Positions 37,101-51,194 are shown, counted from the stretch's first letter. The stretch: DNA of 64,000 nucleotides from Paraphysomonas bandaiensis (GCA_965644295.1 CBFFRP010000181.1:62001-126000), one strand, 5' to 3'. Numbers and translations are program-made. The notes: generated from the letters alone by a model not told the origin.

Positions 37101-39007
37101 CGGATTTTCTTCGCGCGATTACTAACTATCGGGACTCAATTTCTGACGAGGAAAAAGTCAAGCTCGATAAAGCATGGGGGTACTTTTAATCTATATGAGT
37201 TTATTGTCTAATTTTTTGCGTTGTTTCAGCTGGAATGCTCGAAGATGTCGTGTAGGCAACGAATTCGCTGCGAAGCGAGCGATACTACAAGCGGAGACCA
37301 TATGTATCGAAAAAATTAGTAAACTTTCATCTGCCAGTGATTTAGAAGCGGTAGTACATCAACATGCTATTTCGTATGAACATTTATGTGGCCTCGATGA
37401 ATTGTTCATAGGGCTTGGAGATAATTCATTTATTTGTTTTTGATCTACTTGGAAGGTGAATGTTTTTGATATAATATATATATTTTAATTTTGTGATGCA
37501 GAGATACTTCTGCTGGGATCATATTCAACAGAATTACAGAAGATAAGTAAGTGGAGGGAATCAACGTTGACGTGATTTTGTGACGCATAACATAGGTTTA
37601 AATACACTTATGTTGTCACATTCTATTCCAAATTTCTGGCTTGGGTCGCAGTTATTTTCTTGAATTTTTTCTTTCTCTTTTTTATATTTCTGAGGGCATC
37701 CAGCAGAGAATTTGCCTGGCAGGTTGGGTTCGTAGTGGCGTGCATTATACAGCTGGTTATTGAACTTATACTCTATGGTAAGGAAAATCAGTGCAATGTG
37801 ATACATGCCTTAATACTGCATTGTTTAGAAACAACTGAAATGGTGTACATATATTTTTTGATTCCGAGACTAGTGGCTGCTGATGTAGCAGAGTCACTGG
37901 AAGCACTCAAGCAAGCAGTTGACAAGGCCTATTCGAATGATTCAAGGAAAAATGAATCCTCATTTAATAGTGCAGCATTTTTTTTTGCATCTCATCAATT
38001 GGCTACTTTTTTTCCGAACTCGTTCGAAGCTTCAATTGTACAGAGCTTTAGTTCCACCTTACCTCCACCTGGAATGCTGTTAAAACCCAAACGCAGATTA
38101 CGTGACCGGCATCGTAATCGATTTGAAAGCGTAGTAAAGATTCTGCGACGATTTGGCGTCACGGCCATGCTAGTAGCTGCTCTCAAATTTATTGGTAGTT
38201 TGCCAATACGGTAAATTATTCTATGATACAGATTGCTTGTCTAAAACTGGACATATGCTTAGGTATCAACAAATACTGCTTCATATAGTGCAGCCTGTGA
38301 TAATTGGATTGATATACTTAGCTGGTTTGATGCTTTGGAGGAATCCATTTCTCTTTGTGATACCAGGAGTTTTATTTATGCTGACAACGGTGTGGCTTTA
38401 TTTATGTAGTGGGAAGATGCCACCAGTTGAAGAGAAATTAATATCGCGAAACCTGACACCTCACAACACGGTAACCCCTGTGGTGTCATGCACAGGTATA
38501 AGTGAAGAGAGGATCGATGTTGTAACAGAAGAAGGTGATTTGCGACGAGTCTACCCTCGAGACGAAACTGATGGTATGAACAAACTAGAAAAAAAATTAG
38601 GAATAGAAGAAATTCGAAACCCTAGGTGTACCTATGCTCACCCATATGAAGGTAAGCTTCGACAGGGTTTATTTATTTCCAACATTAGTAGTGGTGAGAA
38701 CGATGATTCTTCAGGAAGTAAAGCAGTTAGCAGTTTTGAAGCCTGTTATGATATGAACGGAAGCGTTGAGACCAACAACACGAATGACCAAAGCAGTGAT
38801 GCGTGCAATAGTTCTACTATTAGCGAGTGCTATGATAAATATGGAAAGCGACGATCAAATCGAGACGTATATGATGTTCTTATATCAGACTGCAGCAGTG
38901 ATGAATCCAAGGAATCACTAATTTCGGAGGAGTGTGCAAGCAGCTACTCTTCATCATCGTCGGTTTACAGTGATGGTTTTTACAGTTCAGAAAGTGATAC
39001 GGCATGA
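28142..39007 (+). CDS. Giant multi-exon cell-surface protein: Kelch-like propeller, NHL propeller, second Kelch-like propeller, PS/PT stalk, REJ/PKD-like region, EGF-like Cys modules, multipass TM (polycystin-1-like architecture), ~3,000 aa
   Basis: WSARxxHxSVVFxxKMWVIGG...DVWYSxDG repeats, TLAGSG..G..DG.G..A.F..P NHL repeats, PSxxPS repeats, and REJ motifs (GSGGRKW, GSDSYDED, W.D.ELPL.Y.YG). Frame-preserving junctions were checked at 29081/29189, 29236/29283, 30262/30305 and 30364/~30408. Later exons are approximate. Confidence 0.8.
31321..31830 (+). repeat. Coding tandem repeat (~105-120-bp units, ~4 copies) encoding PSGHPSGGPSTLPSGVPSCQPxGEPSRQ
   Basis: Near-identical DNA units such as CCCTCTGGACACCCTTCnGGGGGG.CTTCCACGCTGCCTTCTGG recur. 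Confidence 0.9.
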
Positions 39008-40074
39008 TAATGACATGCCTCTTGTCTTTTTAGATTACATGATAGTTTAAAACTAAAGCTGATTCTAGAGTTTTTTTACGTTTTATTGAAAGCAATATCA
39101 TATTATGTTTTTTTGTCAATATGCACGTCTTATATGTGTGGAAGTGTAAACAGAGAAACGGCAACTTTAAAATGCAATTTTCATGTGTAATATGTAACGT
39201 ACCTAAAACTGTGGAATTGATTTCAACTCTCAACCTCACTGCCTTGAATGGTTCTAGTTTCTGCTGACAGATGAACTACTACGAGAACTTTCTAATAATC
39301 TTATCTTACTACACACGTAGAGATTGTTTTCATTTGCGCAAGTTTGACGTTACTGTAGCCGGACATGCGGACTCATGATAAGTATACTTAATAAAAGTGA
39401 GTCGTACAAGACAAAAATAGAGGGTTTTCAAACTACCATTGAGCTCTGTTTCCACAAGGTAGCACACGGTTCACATTTAATTGCTGTAGCACACTCAGAC
39501 AAATCTTATTATGAATTACGTGGCCAATACGACGCAATCCCCTTCTTGGGTTAATAAAACAATGGCAAGGTCGTGAAATATGCAGTTATAATATGGATTG
39601 AATATTGAATACAGCTGATGTGACAATTACTGTGATCTATGGTTATTAATATAACACTGTAATAGACATGGAACATTTTGGGAATCTTTGCGTGCCAAAT
39701 CTTGTCATTCATTAGATAGGCCGCCTATATTCCTCCACATTCCACATCCCTGACATAAGCTTAATCTCTGAAAATAAGACACTTACAACCATAATTGCAC
39801 CGCCAAGCTCTACTAACTTTTTTACAAGATCAGATTCATGCCATGCAAGTATGAATACTTTGATTACATGCAACCAGCTCTAAAAAGGCCTTTTCAATTC
39901 TCTAAAACCTTTTTATGATATTTATAGTTTGCTAACAGCCAATGGAACAGCTGAGGAAGATATGTTAAAGATTCGTCAATAGCTTATCAATAAAGAATAT
40001 GATTATCATCAATAGTCTTATCGCTCATCGTCCCATGTGCACTAATGACTGGTGATAGTGGATAGGAAAAGTAG

Positions 40075-40995
40075 AAATCCTAGAAGAATTGAGAAATCCG
40101 GAACTACCCCAATGGACCACCACTGTACTCCAGCGACTCTCCAGCAGGGCCTGGAACCCTTCCGTGCCACAGGTGGAGAGATTCTGGACGGGTACCATCA
40201 CAACTACACAGCTTGAAATGGTTTTTGGAGATCACATCCATGAGTCACTGACATCCCAAGGACTGCGCAGCATCGAATCAGCGATCATCAAATTACTTCT
40301 ACCGCTTTTCGCTGCAGCAAAGCTAATGATCCAAGATCGAAGTAGAAGATACGTTACCCTACAGAAAGGTCCCCCAAGGCTACTACCGCGGCCGCGTCCA
40401 AAACACAGACAGAAACGGAAACGCCCAAGGGTGCTAAGATTACTAGGAATCCACAGACGAACCGAGACTGGAACACCACTCACCGCATCTATGAACCCTA
40501 CCAACCATACACAAAGGACCATAGCACCGGACCGTATGACACCAACAGGCCCTAGACAACGGCGACGACGTCTCCGGCAACTCCACCTATGCCCAACGCC
40601 CAGACGGTGCATGGTGACACCGCCACATTCCACCACATTATCAACCTCTCAGTACACACATCTAGTGCTCGGTACACTCAGGACCTTAATACAGAACCCT
40701 GTACCTCAGAGCCAGGCGGAACCTTATCCCAAGGGGAGACCCCCGGATAACACGCGCCAGTGAGTCCTCAGAGACACGAGCAGGGCGAACTCACACACAA
40801 CATCAAGAACGGAAGTGGTCGCACCTTGGTGCTTGCGGCGACGCACAAGCAGCTTCTGTAGCGCTAAATAGTAGGATAATAGAATTTGTGCTGATTAGTT
40901 ATGAGTAGAGGTCTAACTAGTAGATCTAGCATTCAACTAGCCACTGTATCGGAACGAGTTTTTAACGCCTATTGCTAAATAAAAAGACCTTCAAT
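40075..40995 (+). mobile_element. 5'-truncated non-LTR retrotransposon-like insertion with 13-bp TSD
   Basis: ATAGGAAAAGTAG duplicated at 40062-40074 and 40996-41008. The GC/C-rich interior has an ORF open from the 5' junction to 40763 with no start Met at its 5' end. The 3' UTR is shared with copies at ~1.8 kb and ~22.6 kb. No RT domain is visible. Confidence 0.75.
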
Positions 40996-41764
40996 ATAGG
41001 AAAAGTAGTGCTAACGCCTGACTACAACACTCGACACTAACTGTAATTTTATTACTATCTAAATCCTAAAACTCTGCTATATTTCTAAAAATATATATCC
41101 TTGTCCCTATTTTCCCATATATATCTAATTCTAGAAGCGTTTTCTCAACCACAAATAGCCATATACCATATACAAGTCTCTTAACATCTTAACATCGTAC
41201 TACGACCTACTCCCATACCGTCCAACAGAAAACCTACGTATACCACCATAATACTGTACGAGATACCATAAACGCCCGTTACGTGCGTATGCATGGATAG
41301 TCCCGGCTCAATCCAACCTAATGTCTGGCCTTAATACTCATATCATTTTATGTGACCATGACTATTACCAACATCTCATATCATACTATTACCTGCACTA
41401 CTTCATCCTTGTACCATATAATAGCTTCATAAGTCAACCATTTTTGTTACATATCTCTATACGCAGCAGCATCTTCCTCCAAATATTATTCAATGGCAGT
41501 TCCCACTTCTACAAGAACAGATTCAAAAATCGGTAATTAATTCGAAGGCTGATGTGCAGTTCAAACCGTAAAAGCACTGTTGAATTACAAAAACATAAAG
41601 TCCATGCCAAGTTTGGAGTTTTGAACTACCTAGCTACCCTCAAATTTTCAGGGGGATATAGTAGTTATGAACACAACCTTCATAAGGAAAAAGAGTTACA
41701 GTAAATATATCACAAGCTAACAAAACAAGAAGTTATCACTATTCCACAACTATCAATACTGCGG

Positions 41765-44700
41765 TCACGTCTTACTGCATTTTAAAGTTTTACTTTTGGG
41801 TTTCCATAACGTTAAGCGCGTCTTGTTCAACACAACCCCCTTATTAGACTCTGCAATCTGTCTCATGATACCACCGGCACTCATCGAGCTCCCACTGCTA
41901 ATAGATGACATACTCTCGAATGCAATATTCCTATCCTCTGCTGATACGCACGAGTCATCGTCAGCCTTCACATCGCTCAAGACACTAGTATCGGTATTTA
42001 CACTTGAACCACTCAAAGCACTAGATGATCTTGAATCTGGGTCAGTGTAGCTGCAGGTACTAACATCTGACACATTAAGTCGAGATTCTTCAGCTTCACT
42101 CACCCCAGAACTCTCATTACTAGAGTGGCTTGTCGTTGACGGGTGTTCATACACTCTATTTCTAACGGATTCATACACCTTCCTTCGAACATGCCTTTTA
42201 GCTCCGGATTTGCTGGATTGCACACTGCTGTAGGAATCACTAGAAGCCGACGCAATAGAAGCATCTGGAGAAAGTGTTGGTGTGGAGGGTTCATAGTCAC
42301 TGGGTGTGGGACCAAACTTAGTGTACTCCATTTTCACGAAAGCGACATTTCGAGTGCTCGTAGATTTATTGAACTTAACAGCCTCCGACTTAGGAACAGT
42401 TGGTGTAAATGTTCCATCAGTGCTATCTTGAAGGGATACAAATGAATCCGAGGTGTGAGTAGAGTCGGAGTAGCTATGGTCCCCGTGTCCACGCGAGGGC
42501 TCTTTGTCCCTCTCATCTGAGCTGTTTACGCTAGAGGTTGCAGCATCATGCAAACCAAGAGAAGCGAACTTCCGTTGTTGCTTCCTTCGAGTGGTTCCAT
42601 GTGCCTGCAGAGGAGCGGGAAGAGGTCTGCTTTGAAAATGTGCATGTAACTTATTCGATACATTCACATCCCCCCACTCTTGACTGTTAAAAGATCGGCC
42701 TTCACTATCCACATCAGATTGGGAGCCAAGAAGCGAATTCTCATCCCAGGCCATAGCCTCCTTAGTTGCATCATTGGGCACTAATGCAGATACCAGAGGT
42801 TTCGGCAAAGCATTCCCACGAACCTTCGTTGCAACATCGTTCCGACGGGAAGTTCGATCGTAACCTCGTGGCTTCGCAGTTGATGCACCGCTTACGTGTC
42901 GCTTTCCTTGGCGCCGGGTAAAGGGTTTCGCATTATCACCACTGAACCAATTCTCATCATCCGAATCACTGGGGGCGCAACTTTTACCTCTCGGTTGGTC
43001 AGACATAGCCGGGGGATGTGGGGAATCATCAAAGTCACGTAAGGACCCATCACTACTGCTGGCGTTGCGAATATATACTTCTGGTTGTTTGAGCTTATGA
43101 AGAGCTTTCCTACTTATTTCAATGTCACCCCGTACCATTGCAAATAAATGATCATGTTGCATATTCGATTTCGCATAAATATCTTCGTCACTGTAAGAGC
43201 TGTGGTAGTTGGAATCACCGCGGAAATTGTTAAACCGGTCTTTACTTTGATTTCTGTGGCGATATCTGGGACTATCAGCTGTATATCGACGACGAGAAGA
43301 AGCAGGAGCACTATGTCCTCTGTCCCGTTTGCACTTTCCATTGGAATCATGACCGTTTCCACTATTCCTTCTAGCTCTGTATGGATAGGCAAAAGGGTAC
43401 GCATACTCTCTGCCCCAATCCCTGCCAGTGCCCGACCCATATCCATGAACTGCGCTGGGGGGATACCCATACAAGCCACTTTCATTGAAAGTCGATAAAG
43501 TATCTCTCCCGTCGTTCCAATACGTCTTCCCGTAACGCCGTGAAAACTTTGAGTCCACCCCGTAGCCTGGACAGTGATCTCGATAAGTTTGAACAACAGG
43601 GCTCGCGACGCTTTTATTTCCCGTATTAGCACCAGAATGCATGAGTTCCTGTAGAGCTCGAACCATAACGTGCGCCACAGCAGACACTGCGCCGTCTACG
43701 TCTCTGCTACTCGAATCAACTTCACCACGATGGCCGCCCCGCACCAAATACTGTTGTCGTCCTTGTGAAGACTGAGTCTGTTCGTTGTTTGAGGACACTT
43801 GAGGGCTTCCAGCAATAGTACCTCGTGCAGAGAGCATTGCATCCACCGTTACGCGACTAGCTATTCGCTTCCCTTCCGGTTCATAGCCGCTATTGCGAAC
43901 CTCTCTGTATCCGTCGTACAGTACCCTTTGTGCATCTTTATCAGCTGTACATACACTACTTCCATCCATGAGATTCGTTCCAGTCGGTGGCAGAAGGGAT
44001 GGCTTTGCTTCCGATGAGCGGTCGCTCGGCTGAATATATTTCGTTGTCTCCTTAGAACACGATTCCTCTGGTGGCACAGAATCTATTTTGCTCGCTTCCT
44101 TAATATCTTCTTCGTTTTCAGTGGCAACTACGCCAGGGCTTTTAAAGGGGTCATCGCCATGACTTCCTGTGCCTTCGTTGCCTCTATTAAGAGCCGCAGA
44201 GCGCGCATGAGTCACACCAAACTTCCACCCTTCCCCCAACAACCTCCCAAATGATGATTTGTATGCAACATCAGCAACGCATGGTGGTAGTGAGAGAACT
44301 TCCTTGAGCTTAACTTGCGCCCATTTGCTCTCTTTCGGAGCTGGACTAGAAGAGTTCGTATCGTCGGCCGCTTCATTCGCGGCGCTATGTTGACTGATGT
44401 CATCAAATTTGTCGTCATCTGAAACAATAGTCATCATGTCACAAAGGAGCGAGATACCACATAATAATACACCATAAACAGAAACATCTACATACAAACT
44501 ATTGCGTACCATATTCGGGGTCCGAGGCCCTAGATTCTTCATACGACTCATCATACTCCTCATCTTTGGGCTGAGGTGGTGGCAAATACGGACCTTGATT
44601 GCTGAGCAGCTTCATGATAAGATCATTGTGTCCCTATGAAGATCCGTTAACAACACACACACTTCAAGCGTTAATTGGCCATAAAACAACACCCGCTATT

Positions 44701-47017
44701 GTATAATTACTGCGTCTAAATTATACTACCACATTCCCAACTACAGTGGCATACCCCTAGATCATGCTGGGGTATATACACATCGGTCTATAGAGCAGTG
44801 ACCATGTGTTTCACCTGCATTGTCTTTTGCTGTGTTGTGACTAACATTTCCAGTAGCCTCATCATTTCCTTTGAAGCAAAATAAGGGTCCTCTACTTTTT
44901 TTTCTTCGTTCGCCACCTCCTTCTCGTCTTCTGGCGGGCTTTCTGTGTGTTCCGCCTCCTCTCCTACTTCTGGTGGTTGAGGCTTGTGGATTCGAACTCG
45001 CGAAATGAACGGAGGGATAACGCGGCCTATATCATCTCCAGTAGATTCCACAACCCGTCCTTGCATATCATGATAGCACCGTTTGTCCAAATATCCAGCA
45101 GGGCCGAAAGCTGTATCTGGAAGGCTCGGCGCGCCGGCAGCGTGCAAAGAAATGGGTACAACAGGGGCATCTGCAATCGTATCCTGAACTACATTTCTAC
45201 GAATCGGCTGGGAAATTGTCGAGTTTTCCTTACGAATAAAGATAAAATCTTCCTGTCCACTAATACTGTTCGTGAGGCCCAAGACAGCATCACCACCAGT
45301 GTATGTATTCGAGTGAGCGTTGGTGGGACAAGTCGAATCTGATAGTTTCTTCATTGCACGCCACTTTGAACCAGAGTCATTTACAACCAGTATACACTCG
45401 TCAGGTGCTTCGCAACTTTCACCTGAGTCTCCACTATGCCTTCCTTCCTTCACCTCTTCCTTCGTTTGAACTTTCTCGTTAATCTGTTCCTCACTGATGG
45501 ATTTCTCTTCATACTGATTCTGAGTGGCCGCATGTACCAGACTGGTCTGCCCATCATTATCAGATGACACAGAGAGAGGAGTTGTATGATCCCTCCCAGG
45601 GACTTGTGTGCCTGAACGAGCAGTTATCACACGATAACCTCCACTGGGCTCATACTCCACAACTTCTTCCACCACGCCGTGCTGATAACCTCGAGGTGAC
45701 ACAGGCTGAGAGGACTTCAGTTTCCAGGCCTACTTTCAAATATCATCAGGTTTATATAGACTTATAAGTTTGTATTGCATGGCTTATATACTCAGCAGTG
45801 TAATATAACTCAAAAACTCAGAGAGTACTACAAACAGAAATCGAATATATCTGAACCCACCTGTTCTCTCAAGGACCGACGCAACTCATGCCCTTGGCCT
45901 TGCAGAGAGCGCTCGATGCGATTGAGTTGCTGACGTTGATCATTCAAACTCTTGTTGTACCTAGCCATGTATGAGGTGTAAATGAATGTACCATGTGTTA
46001 TATTTTTATACCTTTCTTCGTCCTCACGTACCCTATCCTGAAGTACTTTTAGTTCTGGATTAGGTGTTACTGTCTTTGGTTTCTTTTTTACAACCCTATC
46101 GATTGCAGAACAATTAAATACACAGAAGCGACGCGGAACAAAAGCACAATAATGCCAGATGCCATACAACAATTCAAGCTCTCTACATCATATCGCTCAC
46201 TTTTTACTTTTCTGCTTGAGAGGCCTGGAAGTGCCACTATTGAATGGTTTAGTTTTCAGGAAGGCAATCTCCTGTGGCACAGCGCCTGCGACCATCCGAG
46301 CTGAAGGAGAGCCGCGTCTCCTGCCAGAATGTGCACTGCCAGGCAGTTTCGCGTTCACCATATTACTCGGGGATTTAGTGTGATCAGGTGAGGTGGAGCC
46401 TGTCGGTGGTTGCGGGGTACTCCGATATGTTGGTATGGGAATGAAATCGTCATCAGTCACACTTGGTACAACCGCAACGGGAGGATTAGAGTGCTCATTT
46501 GATCGAGATGCAGTCGATTTAGATTTACTGGAAGAAGGCTCGTGAGGTGTGTTTCGCTGTGTATAAACTGGTTTACGAGTCATTGAAGTGTTCTCTTTAT
46601 TGGATTTTCTGCGACCCCTCTTTGCAGCCAACACGGCATCACGAGTAATTACATCAATAATAGCCCTCTCATACGCCATTCCTGTTAAATCGTTGCGAAC
46701 TTGTGATAATTGACGATCCTGTATCGCTAATTCATCATGATCCTTTTTACTTAACAGCGCTGCATTAGCTGTTAAGTTCTTGCGATGAGTGGAAGCCATG
46801 TTTAACACATCCACCGGCACCTATCCGTCTCATATATTACCATATCAATATACATCTGTATGATATTCATACCTGTGTAGATATGGCTTCAAGATGTTCA
46901 TATCCTTGTATTAAATTACGCATTCTTTCCTATAATAAAATTATATTATAATAACATACACAAATAAATTATAAGTACCTCTAAATCACCCGCTAACTCA
47001 TTCGTTGCCTGTAACAT
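41765..47017 (-). CDS. Large uncharacterised low-complexity (Ser-rich, partly coiled-coil) multi-exon protein
   Basis: Collinear long ORFs 46820-46197, 46172-45828, 45702-44788 and 44563-41765 with GT-AG-bounded gaps. Probable start MLQATNELAGDLE near 47017. No recognisable domain. Confidence 0.6.
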
Positions 47018-47613
47018 GATTAATGGCTAGCGTTAAGGCGAGATGTATCCGCCAATTAAGTGAATATCAGCTACAATGTGTATATTCTTATCTGATATGT
47101 GTGTATATATATGAGACGTAAACACAAATTTTGAATTCTAATAAGCAACAATCTAGACTGCTGCTCCTGCTTACATTACATACATGTTGCTGAAGTACGT
47201 TTGTACGTTTGTAGTGTATGCAATATTCAGACTTTTGGAATATTCAGACGGCAAAATGGCAAAATACATCAGTTTACACTGAAAGAAATCCAAATATTAA
47301 ACACAAATTAGGTGTTTTTCACCAAATTTTTGAAATTTTGGACTATGGGCAGTGCATAAGGTATGAAAAAACAAAGATTTTATAATATGAAATACACGTA
47401 CTTTTGGATAGCTTCTGTCAGTTTCGTCTCATAGTGAGTGTATGAGATGGTGCCTATATGTGTATGGAGGTCTTGTTGATAGATTTAGAAGCATACTATA
47501 ATTAGTTTAATATACAGCCTGTTGCCAATAGGTGCTTAGCAGGATTGTTGTGTATAGCACTTGTGTGTAAAGGTCTCATTATTTAACATAATTAAAAGAA
47601 TAGATTATAGATC

Positions 47614-49089
47614 ATGTCAGAAGATATTGAGCGACATGTTGTACGCAAATTTGAGATCTGTCAACGTCTCGGTAAAGGGGTATGCAAATATCTTTCCTAC
47701 AATAAAAGAGATCTAATAATGATAAAAGGCTTATGGAATTGTGTGGAAAGCAGTTGAGAAGAGATCTAGGGGTGTGGTGGCATTGAAAAAGTGCTTTGAT
47801 GCATTTCGCAATGCCACTGATTCACAACGAACATTTAGAGAAATAATGTACTTACAGGTATTGTCCATTTTTTGGTAGGGTCAAGCGGTTTGATATCTAT
47901 TTTAGTGTCTGACGGGGCATGAGAATATCATTCGTCTGCAGCATGTCATCAAAGCTGAGAATGACAGAGATATATATTTAACATTTGACCACATGGAAAC
48001 TGGTGTGATATTTGATATGTTATTCTTCGCAGTATTTCATTATGCCAATATGTAGATTTGCACGCAGTTATTCGAGCGGGAATATTACAGGACATTCATA
48101 AGAAATATATCATATGGCAACTTCTTAAGGCTTTGAAGTACCTTCACTCAGCCGACCTTCTACACAGAGATGTGAAGCCGTCTAATTTGCTCCTAAACTC
48201 AGACTGTCATGTAAAGATATGTGATTTCGGGCTGTGTCGGTCGATAGCTGAAACGAGTGGACCAGCACCAGTACTTACTGATTACGTGGCAACAAGATGG
48301 TACCGCGCCCCAGGTAATGAAAAGCATTGCTTGTGCACTCTGCGGTTGATGCCATCGATGCATTCAATTATTTCACTAGCTGAAAATATCGTTTACCTTT
48401 AATGGCGACAATTGGTGGATATGTGATAATGCTGTCAACATGCTATTGGAAATGTCCTATCCTGTACTGTTCTCACATTGCATTCTGCAGAAATTCTTCT
48501 GGGATCAACACGATATACGTTCGGTGTGGATATATGGGCAGTGGGCTGTATACTGGGAGAGATGATTAACGGCCGCCCAATGTTTCCTGGAACATCTACA
48601 ATGAATCAGATCGAGAGAATCATTGAGGTTACTGGTGAGTATACAGGCACCGTTAGAACAATATACTGATTTTTCATGACCCCAGGAATGCCACCAAGAA
48701 ATGATATTGATGCGGTTGCTTCCCCTTACGCTTCCACCATGCTTGAATCTCTCCCTCCTCTTAATACTCGCTCTGTCAATGAAGTCATCCCGACTGCAGG
48801 GGCAGAAGCAATAGATTTCATCAAGGAATGTCTTCACTTCAACCCTGACAGTCGACCGTCATCGACTGAGCTGCTCAGACATGTGTATGTGGCAGAGTTT
48901 CACAACGAAGACGAAGAACCCATTTATCCCCATGGACCTCTGCGACTTCCAATTGATGATAACACTAAACTCACCGCCCAGCAGTATCGCGAGCGGTTAT
49001 ATGATGAAATCACTAATCGGCGAAAGGAATCACGTGTGAGGGAGCAACAAAGACAGAAGAATCAACTTGCAGCTGGAGTTCCTGTGTAG
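47614..49089 (+). CDS. MAPK15: Atypical MAP kinase ERK7/MAPK15 orthologue, multi-exon
   Basis: [22 protein letters not shown]|[47 protein letters not shown], activation loop [13 protein letters not shown]|EILLGS. Confidence 0.93.
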
Positions 49090-49863
49090 TGGATTTGGTA
49101 CGAGTAGTTGCGGTTAAAGCATATGTGTGGAGTAGCCGTTTTCATTCTAGGTTGCTTGAATGTGTGTGATACTTATGGTGTTGTCGTGAATTTCGGCAAC
49201 TCTGTTTGGTGTAGAGTCGTACTTTTGTTAGTGCGATTATGTCCAGTATTATAACACTAGTCTACGTAGGTCTAGTTTCATTAAGTAATACCAGACTATA
49301 CCAAAAGTTGTATACGTACTGTTGTACACCGCTATAAGTAGTATCTTAACATAAATGCAAGTACGACTACTAGTCTAGTTAGATACAGTCTGTGTTATAT
49401 GTTACACGTTACACATCAAGTTTGCATTCTGGTGTTTGTAGTTTTTAATTCTTACCGGTTGAAACAATCTATTCTGTAAATAGTATATAAGAAACAGAAA
49501 TATTATGAGTCACTATTGTTGTCTTTAATCTCGCATCAAATTACGGCGATATATGTAGATATGTAGTCGCTAAATAGGACTACTACATACCTACATACAC
49601 TTGATCAGTGACCTACTATATATTCTTTCTCGAGTACAATGAAACATATAAAGCGATGCTACATACATGCATACTACCATAACAATATTTGATTGTAAAA
49701 GGTATATTCTGAATTAGTTATAGTGGTCTAACTGTCTGGTTGCGGAAAATATTATACATATGTAATGATATACTCCTGTGTCATAGGATGACCAAGACAC
49801 GATATATGTCAAAGGCATGTAGAACATTAGAAGTCATAATAAATATTCTTGTCCCAGAAAAAC

Positions 49864-50328
49864 TCAATACACTCTACCAGCCCACCTGTTTACTTGCGCG
49901 CAATATGTCTCGTAGTCCTTGTCAAATGTTTTCTTCAATACGATTTCTTCATGACGAATAAAATGCCACCGACTAATAAAACCAAATATCAATGGAAATG
50001 CGAAGTTGTAGTAGGACGGCAGTAATATTGCAAGTCCCAATAATGCAATTGCCATTCCAAGATACATTGGATTTCTTGTGTACTGAAACCAGCCATCTAT
50101 ACACAGTACTGGTGGTGGCGTATCATAGCGCGATGGTATTTTACTGCATTGGAAATCTCTTTCAGTCTGAAAAGCAACTTTAGCACCGCAGATAAATAGC
50201 AATCCTCCGAATAAATTGAGAGGGAAGCCAATGAGATGAGTATCTTCAGAGAATATAAAGTAAACGGCAACTGTACATACACAGAATAATTTATATAATG
50301 TGGCCGGATTATCCATAATACTTTGCAT
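49864..50328 (-). CDS. Isoprenylcysteine carboxyl methyltransferase / PEMT-family membrane methyltransferase
   Basis: DGWFQYTRNPMYLG and IRHEE..L...F...Y..YC..V.RW motifs with several TM helices. Start Met uncertain (50328 or 50313). Confidence 0.85.
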   Translation of the reverse strand: MQSIMDNPATLYKLFCVCTVAVYFIFSEDTHLIGFPLNLFGGLLFICGAKVAFQTERDFQCSKIPSRYDTPPPVLCIDGWFQYTRNPMYLGMAIALLGLAILLPSYYNFAFPLIFGFISRWHFIRHEEIVLKKTFDKDYETYCAQVNRWAGRVY

Positions 50329-50858
50329 GATAGCAATGAAATACAATTACTCGTGTTTGTGAAGGAACATGAAGATAGATGAACAAGTGAGAATGAATGT
50401 ATTGTGAATAGAGTAGACCAATCGCTATAGATATATATACATGCTACCTGCCGCACATGACACCATGTATACTGCAGTATACATGTGTATTCTATATTGC
50501 ACCTCTCATCCATCAGTGTTTTTCTAATTGTAGAATAGACCGATCCCTCTGTAAGATTCCCACGAATCATATTCTTATAAAGTAATACCATTGGTTGCAG
50601 ACAACTACCCTGGTCGCACTTGCACTTTACTTTAGTCCCTTTTCTCTCAACTATTCGAATAGTCTCATTCTGTTGTTGTAGACACTATCACATACATACT
50701 TCGTACTTCATAGGGAAGTATACCCTATACAGGTATCTACAGTACTTATACATCACCCTCCAAGATATTTCCATCATTCAACTTACTTCTAGAATTAGCT
50801 CCTATAGCATACAGTCTAGTATAGTAACATATACTAACACAAGACTCATCTAAATATC

Positions 50859-51194
50859 ATGAGTGGATGTAAGTATATATAATCATTCTTATATATTATA
50901 TCCCTCTTATTTCTATCATAGTGCGCCGTATATCACGTGAGCATAATTTGGAAGAAGAAGCGAATAAGATCATACAACAATCCTCTAACATAGACAGTAT
51001 TGGAGGTGGTTTAAACAAACGCTTTGACAGGTACTACAATACAATACAATATCACTCTAATTTCTTCGTATAGTGCAGATTTTAATATTGCTAAAGCAGC
51101 AGAGGCTAAGAAATGCTCCTCTGATACGCCCTCTGCTAAAGGCACGGGTCACAATGGGGCTCGAATGGTTGCATTCAGAGCTCTCAGTAAATAA
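50859..51194 (+). CDS. Endosulfine/ARPP19-like microprotein, 79 aa; exons 50859-50868, 50922-51030, 51074-51194
   Basis: Two GT-AG introns give 240 nt in frame: MSGLRRISREHNLEEEANKIIQQSSNIDSIGGGLNKRFDSADFNIAKAAEAKK...ALSK*. KRFDSADF matches the endosulfine FDS(G/A)D(Y/W/F) motif. Absent from the ORF track. Confidence 0.7.
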
